IMG/VR virus record: IMGVR_UViG_3300031912_000037
Coordinates: 1 to 39,142 of that record
Direction: 5' to 3' (one strand)
Source: a virus
Lineage: Duplodnaviria > Caudoviricetes
DNA length: 39,142 nt
The notes beneath the pieces are model-generated. The model was given only the letters and a program-made list of their open reading frames with translations, was not told the DNA's origin and made no database searches. Within the stretch, counting starts at the first letter, position 1, and every line of letters starts with the position of its first letter. Shown here one piece after another: positions 37,143-39,142 of this stretch. The position numbers and the translations under genes were made by a program.

Positions 37143-37352
37143 TTACGCTTTCGGCTCATCGAACACCAGCCAAGCCCGATAGACTTGGCCAGCGCGATCG
37201 AATTGCGCAAGTGGCACGTCCCCCTTGGCAACGCAGGCCGAGAGCAGACGCGCTTGAGCATTCGCCCCGCGAGCATACAAAGCCTTGGCTGCGCGCACCC
37301 ATTCGGTTCGCTCGTACTCGTTCAGTTTCATGTTCATTTGGCTAGGAGTCAT
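37143..37352 (-). CDS. Hypothetical protein
   Basis: LNEYERTEW...YRAWLVF; start uncertain. Confidence 0.55.
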   Translation of the reverse strand: MTPSQMNMKLNEYERTEWVRAAKALYARGANAQARLLSACVAKGDVPLAQFDRAGQVYRAWLVFDEPKA

Positions 37353-37365
37353 GTATATAAATCCC

Positions 37366-37581
37366 TTAGATTGATACTGTCGTTTGTGTACTAAATCCGC
37401 TCGGCTCTTGATACTGAACGACCAAGCGACAGTTACCGCGTTCCGTGAACGACACCCAATAGCCCTGTAACTTGCCTTTACCCTTGCACGCCAAGCGAGC
37501 ATCCTTCAAGAGCTCGGGCAAGCTGTAGCAAGTCATGCGCCCGTTACTCGGATTCGTAATGTGTACCTGGAATGGAAGCAT
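37366..37581 (-). CDS. Hypothetical protein
   Basis: 71-aa ORF, RBS AGGAG. Confidence 0.55.
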   Translation of the reverse strand: MLPFQVHITNPSNGRMTCYSLPELLKDARLACKGKGKLQGYWVSFTERGNCRLVVQYQEPSGFSTQTTVSI

Positions 37582-37586
37582 GGGGA

Positions 37587-37952
37587 TTACTCCTGGTTGG
37601 ATTCAACTTCCGCCAGCACGGCGCGGGCCACAAAGCATGCCGCTTTGGCGTGTTCTTCCGCATTTAACAACGTGCGCCCGTTGGGATCATTTGATGGGCG
37701 TGGATAGGAGTGCAGCAATCCCGACACAGCGCCTAAGCTCTTTTCTGCATCCCGCAGAGCCGCCACGAGCTTGTCGTGCGCGTTAACGCAGCGGACGATG
37801 TGAGCGGCGTTGTCATCGGCAGCGTCGCCTTCGGTCATTGCCGCAATAGCCATTTGCTTGTGATTCGGGTACGCGAAGATCATCGCTCTGTGAAAGGCAT
37901 TCGCGCTGCTCAATTGCCAAGGCGTCGGCGTATGCGTTTGCTTGTCATTCAT
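37587..37952 (-). CDS. Hypothetical protein, HTPxPW-type phage family
   Basis: HTPTPW...NAAHIVRCVNAHDKLVAALR; RBS GGAGG. Confidence 0.7.
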   Translation of the reverse strand: MNDKQTHTPTPWQLSSANAFHRAMIFAYPNHKQMAIAAMTEGDAADDNAAHIVRCVNAHDKLVAALRDAEKSLGAVSGLLHSYPRPSNDPNGRTLLNAEEHAKAACFVARAVLAEVESNQE

Positions 37953-37965
37953 GGTGAAACCTCCA

Positions 37966-38154
37966 TCAGTCGAGAGAAAGCTCGCGCTGCCCACGCTGCG
38001 AGCCCAGCTGAAACTTCCGATAACACGTGACGTGTATGTAAACCACGCCTCCTTCGTGGCGCGTCGGACTCCCGCCAGCCTTGCCGCAGTAAGCGCACGG
38101 CCTGACCGTCGTGCCCGACAGCGCCACGTTTGCATCATGTTCGTTGTGCGTCAT
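37966..38154 (-). CDS. Small Cys/His protein
   Basis: CAYCGK...HVTC; TAATG-coupled. Confidence 0.55.
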   Translation of the reverse strand: MTHNEHDANVALSGTTVRPCAYCGKAGGSPTRHEGGVVYIHVTCYRKFQLGSQRGQRELSLD

Positions 38155-38426
38155 TAGACCGGCTCCCGTCGAATGCACACGCGCCAATAGACTCCTGTGC
38201 GACGCGCCACGCCATTGATTACCGGACCCGCAAAATACTCCTGCTTGAAACGGTCCACATGGCCGCGCTGCTCGCACGATTCAGAGTGCCAACGCTTCTC
38301 CCAAACACGGCCACAACCCGCGCATTTCCACGCATTGCCCGTGTACCCGCGCTCCACATATCCGCCGTCAACCGTCGCGGACATTACTGCCGATTCAATG
38401 CGCTCACACTTCAGCACTTTCGACAT
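38154..38426 (-). CDS. Small zinc-finger-like protein, first gene of the leftward early cluster
   Basis: RBS AGGAGG; WKCAGCG...C...H. Confidence 0.6.
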   Translation of the reverse strand: MSKVLKCERIESAVMSATVDGGYVERGYTGNAWKCAGCGRVWEKRWHSESCEQRGHVDRFKQEYFAGPVINGVARRTGVYWRVCIRREPV

Positions 38427-38451
38427 TTGAACCTCCTGCCCGTAACCTAAC

Positions 38452-38466
38452 GCACCACCCATGCCA
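38452..38466 (-). promoter_or_regulatory. Sigma54-like -24/-12 promoter pointing at the early gene cluster
   Basis: Minus strand TGGCATG-GGTG-GTGC; GG and GC correctly spaced; RBS about 16 nt downstream. Confidence 0.5.
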
Positions 38467-38472
38467 ACAACA

Positions 38473-38485
38473 TAAGCAATTGATT
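38473..38485 (-). promoter_or_regulatory. IHF binding site
   Basis: Minus strand AATCAA-TTGC-TTA matches WATCAANNNNTTR. Confidence 0.6.
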
Positions 38486-38502
38486 AGATTGATATGTGAC
38501 AT

Positions 38503-38517
38503 TGGCACAACACTTGC
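38503..38517 (+). promoter_or_regulatory. Sigma54-like -24/-12 element, rightward
   Basis: TGGCACA-ACAC-TTGC, near-consensus. Confidence 0.6.
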
Positions 38518-38557
38518 GAGTCTGCCGTACAGCGTCACTTTGTGCCCGCGCTCCGCG

Positions 38558-38809
38558 TCACTTGACCCGCCAAACCCGAACCCCTCCCTCAACCCGCCGC
38601 ACTACCCACCTCTTTGGCGCATAACGCTTGCTGGCCGCGTACGCCGTCGCCCTCATCGAATCCAGCCGCCCGTCCGTAAGGAATGAATGTCCTATCTCCA
38701 TTCCATGCCATGGGTACTTGGGCACCGCAGCGCCGTACACCCGCCGCCCATCCGGCACGGGCTCATCCTTCGTCAACGGGTACTTGTACGCAATCACTAA
38801 CCGCTCCAT
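38558..38809 (-). CDS. Small putative DNA-binding protein
   Basis: KYPWxxMEIGxSF...RRVEGGVRVWRV motif; RBS GGAGG. Confidence 0.7.
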   Translation of the reverse strand: MERLVIAYKYPLTKDEPVPDGRRVYGAAVPKYPWHGMEIGHSFLTDGRLDSMRATAYAASKRYAPKRWVVRRVEGGVRVWRVK

Positions 38810-38841
38810 AAACCCTCCATCGTTGTGCGTTGATATACGTT

Positions 38842-38870
38842 AGTATAGACGCGTCAATCGTAATTAGCAA
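38842..38870 (-). promoter_or_regulatory. Sigma70-like promoter for the 83-aa gene
   Basis: Minus strand TTGCTA - 17 bp - TATACT. Confidence 0.7.
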
Positions 38871-39142
38871 TGAAATCGCCACGCGTCAAATGACGCGCCA
38901 TGTGTATCCCCCTAGGTGTTAACCTGGGGGACACTGGCGCATTGACGCAGGTTGACCCTCGAATTGGCGCAACCATATTGACGCAAGGGTTATCTAGGAC
39001 ACCGGCATATAGGCACTGATGGCGTTGTGGTTATGCAATGACCTCGATGAGTATATGGTTATTTTGGGCTGCGCCCTCCTTCGTTGCAGCGTGTTCGAGC
39101 TCGGCAGCGGAGGGCAGGCAGGCAGAGCACCAGGATGCAAGT

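Noticed and set aside
39038-39142. Open frame MTSMSIWLFWAAPSFVAACSSS running off the window end, with a lipobox-like VAAC
   Set aside because: No RBS, no basic N-region, truncated; insufficient support

Overview
About 39 kb of a tailed dsDNA phage with podovirus-like, P22/T7-type gene logic. Proteobacterial host inferred from the lambda-R-type endolysin, Rz/Rz1 spanins and sigma54/IHF-like sites. All family calls are from motif recognition, not database searches. The window starts in the last 38 codons of the major capsid gene, followed by a free-standing endonuclease VII/HNH gene. A tightly coupled rightward late operon runs to about 26.5 kb: head accessory proteins, G-X-T collagen-like and glycine-rich fibre proteins, adaptor, gp10-like hub with a Kelch-like insert, ejection proteins (one 1604 aa with a GNAT domain), a GT-A glycosyltransferase, a PurD-like ATP-grasp ligase and a lysis cassette. 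A leftward operon (32.9 to 26.5 kb) carries an XRE HTH gene, a Sak4-like ATPase, a small-gene array joined by a 15-bp repeat, and a methyltransferase-GT2-TPR-GT9 fusion. A short rightward block encodes a DUF1064-type nuclease and a RepA-type helicase. A leftward cluster of small early genes follows a regulatory region with divergent sigma54-like promoters around an IHF site. Best candidate for a new system: a phage-encoded virion glycosylation pathway acting on Thr-rich repeats. Other highlights are the repeat-joined mini-gene cassettes, a complete small gene nested in the large ejection-protein gene, a hairpin-occluded endonuclease RBS, and face-to-face promoters. No terminase, portal, integrase, DNA polymerase, tRNA or CRISPR was recognised in the window.
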